NCBI GenBank assembly: GCA_964590575.1
Contig: CAZPWM010000011.1
Span: forward strand, 25,218 to 53,965
DNA: 28,748 nt
Direction of reading: 5' to 3'
From: an uncultured archaeon
Lineage (GTDB): Archaea; Asgardarchaeota; Thorarchaeia; Thorarchaeales; Thorarchaeaceae
The position numbers and the translations under genes were made by a program. Below are positions 27,565 to 28,748 of the stretch, one piece after another (positions within the stretch are counted from its first letter, which is position 1; every line of letters begins with the position of its first letter). A model generated the notes under the pieces. That model searched no databases. It was not told the DNA's origin and saw only the letters and a program-made list of their open reading frames with translations.

Positions 27565-27583
27565 AATCTCATCCTCGGTGCCA
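27565..27583 (+). repeat. Copy of tRNA-Ser 3' end (att-like)
   Basis: aatctcatcctcggtgcca matches 26410-26428 at 18/19 nt. Confidence 0.85.
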
Positions 27584-27614
27584 CTTCTGCTGTCATGAAT
27601 GAAAGAGGAACATT

Positions 27615-28748
27615 CTATGCATCTAAATTCTCAAGAACAGTGGCAACCCCCTGTCCACCACCAACACAGGCAGTAGCAACCCCATATTTTACCTTTTTAT
27701 CTTTGAGAATTCTTGCCAGTGTCCCGGTCAACCGAATCATGGTTGAACCAAGAGGGTGTCCGATCGCAGTTGCTCCACCCATGACATTCACCTTCTCCTC
27801 TGGAATTTTCAGTCTGTTCATACAGTTGAGTGATACAATGCAGAATGCCTCATTTATCTCCCAGAAGTCAATGTCCTCTATACTTAACCCTGCATACTTG
27901 AGAGCTTTGATGGTAGCAGGTACAGGTCCACGCCCCATGACAGTGGGATCAACTCCTGCCCACCCCATGGAAACAATTCGTGCCATGGGTTTCACGCCTC
28001 TCTTTTCTGCCTCTTTCGCCTCCATTAGAACAGCAGCTGTGGCGCCTGCATTGAGAGGTGAGGAATTACCTGCGGTGATTACTCCTTCATCTGTTCCTTC
28101 TCGTTCGATATACCCCTCTTTTCCTCCGTTCTTATCGAGGTAATATGGTTGTGAGATTCTTGGTAGAGCTGAAACCACCTCGAGGGTTGAGGGACGGGCG
28201 CTCAAATCCCTATCCACTAGCATGGTTTCATCAATATTGCCCGGTGTATGTCCCTGTATTGGTATGATTTCTCCGTTGAACCATCCACTCTCCTGATTCT
28301 TGATGGTCAAATTATGACTTCTCACACCAAATTTGTCCATATCTTCCTTGGTGAAGGTGGGAACCTCCTCCTCGTACAATTTCTGAGCGGTCTGTAGCAT
28401 ATTGAATACGGTAGCAACATCCATGTCGGACCTGTAAAACTCAGATTCTTTGTCATTCATGGAGAAGTTTGGGTCAACCCCTTTACCCCGCACCCGGGTC
28501 ATATGCTCAAAACCTGTTGCCAACACGGTTGTGCTGAACCCGGTCATAATCTCCATGATACCAATATGCATTCCAGACCCTGCAGATCCACACTGACGGT
28601 CTATGAAGATAGTAGGTACATGATGTGGAAATCCAGACAGGAATGCCGGTATTTTTCCTCCATAGGTCCAGTTCTCAAGAACTCCCGATGCCACACCGAC
28701 TGTTATCTCATCGATTTCCGTTTTCTCAATGCCTTTTTCAGCCAGTGA
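27615..28748 (-). CDS. Thiolase / acetyl-CoA C-acyltransferase (5' end outside window)
   Basis: RQCGS, NEAF, GHPLG and CVGGG motifs; frame open to window edge. Confidence 0.95.
   Translation of the reverse strand, partial: SLAEKGIEKTEIDEITVGVASGVLENWTYGGKIPAFLSGFPHHVPTIFIDRQCGSAGSGMHIGIMEIMTGFSTTVLATGFEHMTRVRGKGVDPNFSMNDKESEFYRSDMDVATVFNMLQTAQKLYEEEVPTFTKEDMDKFGVRSHNLTIKNQESGWFNGEIIPIQGHTPGNIDETMLVDRDLSARPSTLEVVSALPRISQPYYLDKNGGKEGYIEREGTDEGVITAGNSSPLNAGATAAVLMEAKEAEKRGVKPMARIVSMGWAGVDPTVMGRGPVPATIKALKYAGLSIEDIDFWEINEAFCIVSLNCMNRLKIPEEKVNVMGGATAIGHPLGSTMIRLTGTLARILKDKKVKYGVATACVGGGQGVATVLENLDA

Overview
This is an archaeal chromosomal window, probably from an Asgard archaeon (Thorarchaeia-like). 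That assignment is inferred from gene content: Ftr/FwdC/Mch, SmAP3, cdrS-ftsZ, uL3-uL4-uL23-uL2 and BHB-intron tRNAs. Most of it is housekeeping: dCMP deaminase, pyrB, H4MPT C1 enzymes, an MFS transporter, a SAMP-like protein, 2-oxoacid:ferredoxin oxidoreductase beta/gamma, ribosomal proteins, a SPOUT methyltransferase, archease and a thiolase. There are three intron-containing tRNA genes (Pro-UGG with two introns, Thr-GGU, Ser-UGA), and each has a duplicated terminal fragment bracketing accessory DNA. The most striking locus is 2174-4491. A transposase-less TnpB-like nuclease gene with a rearranged (Fanzor-type) RuvC-II ends in a structured omegaRNA-like region. That region runs into a 26-nt copy of the neighbouring tRNA-Pro 5' end in its spliced form, crossing the D-loop exon junction, so the resident intron-containing gene lacks the intact site. 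A 95-bp mini-unit with the same 15-bp left and 12-bp right ends precedes the nuclease unit. Other notable items are a HypD-like glycyl radical enzyme with the catalytic Glu replaced by Thr, a C1q-like gene in a tRNA-Ser mini-island, an unlisted cdrS ORF and an apparent ACG start for mch. All calls come from reading the sequence by eye; no searches were run.
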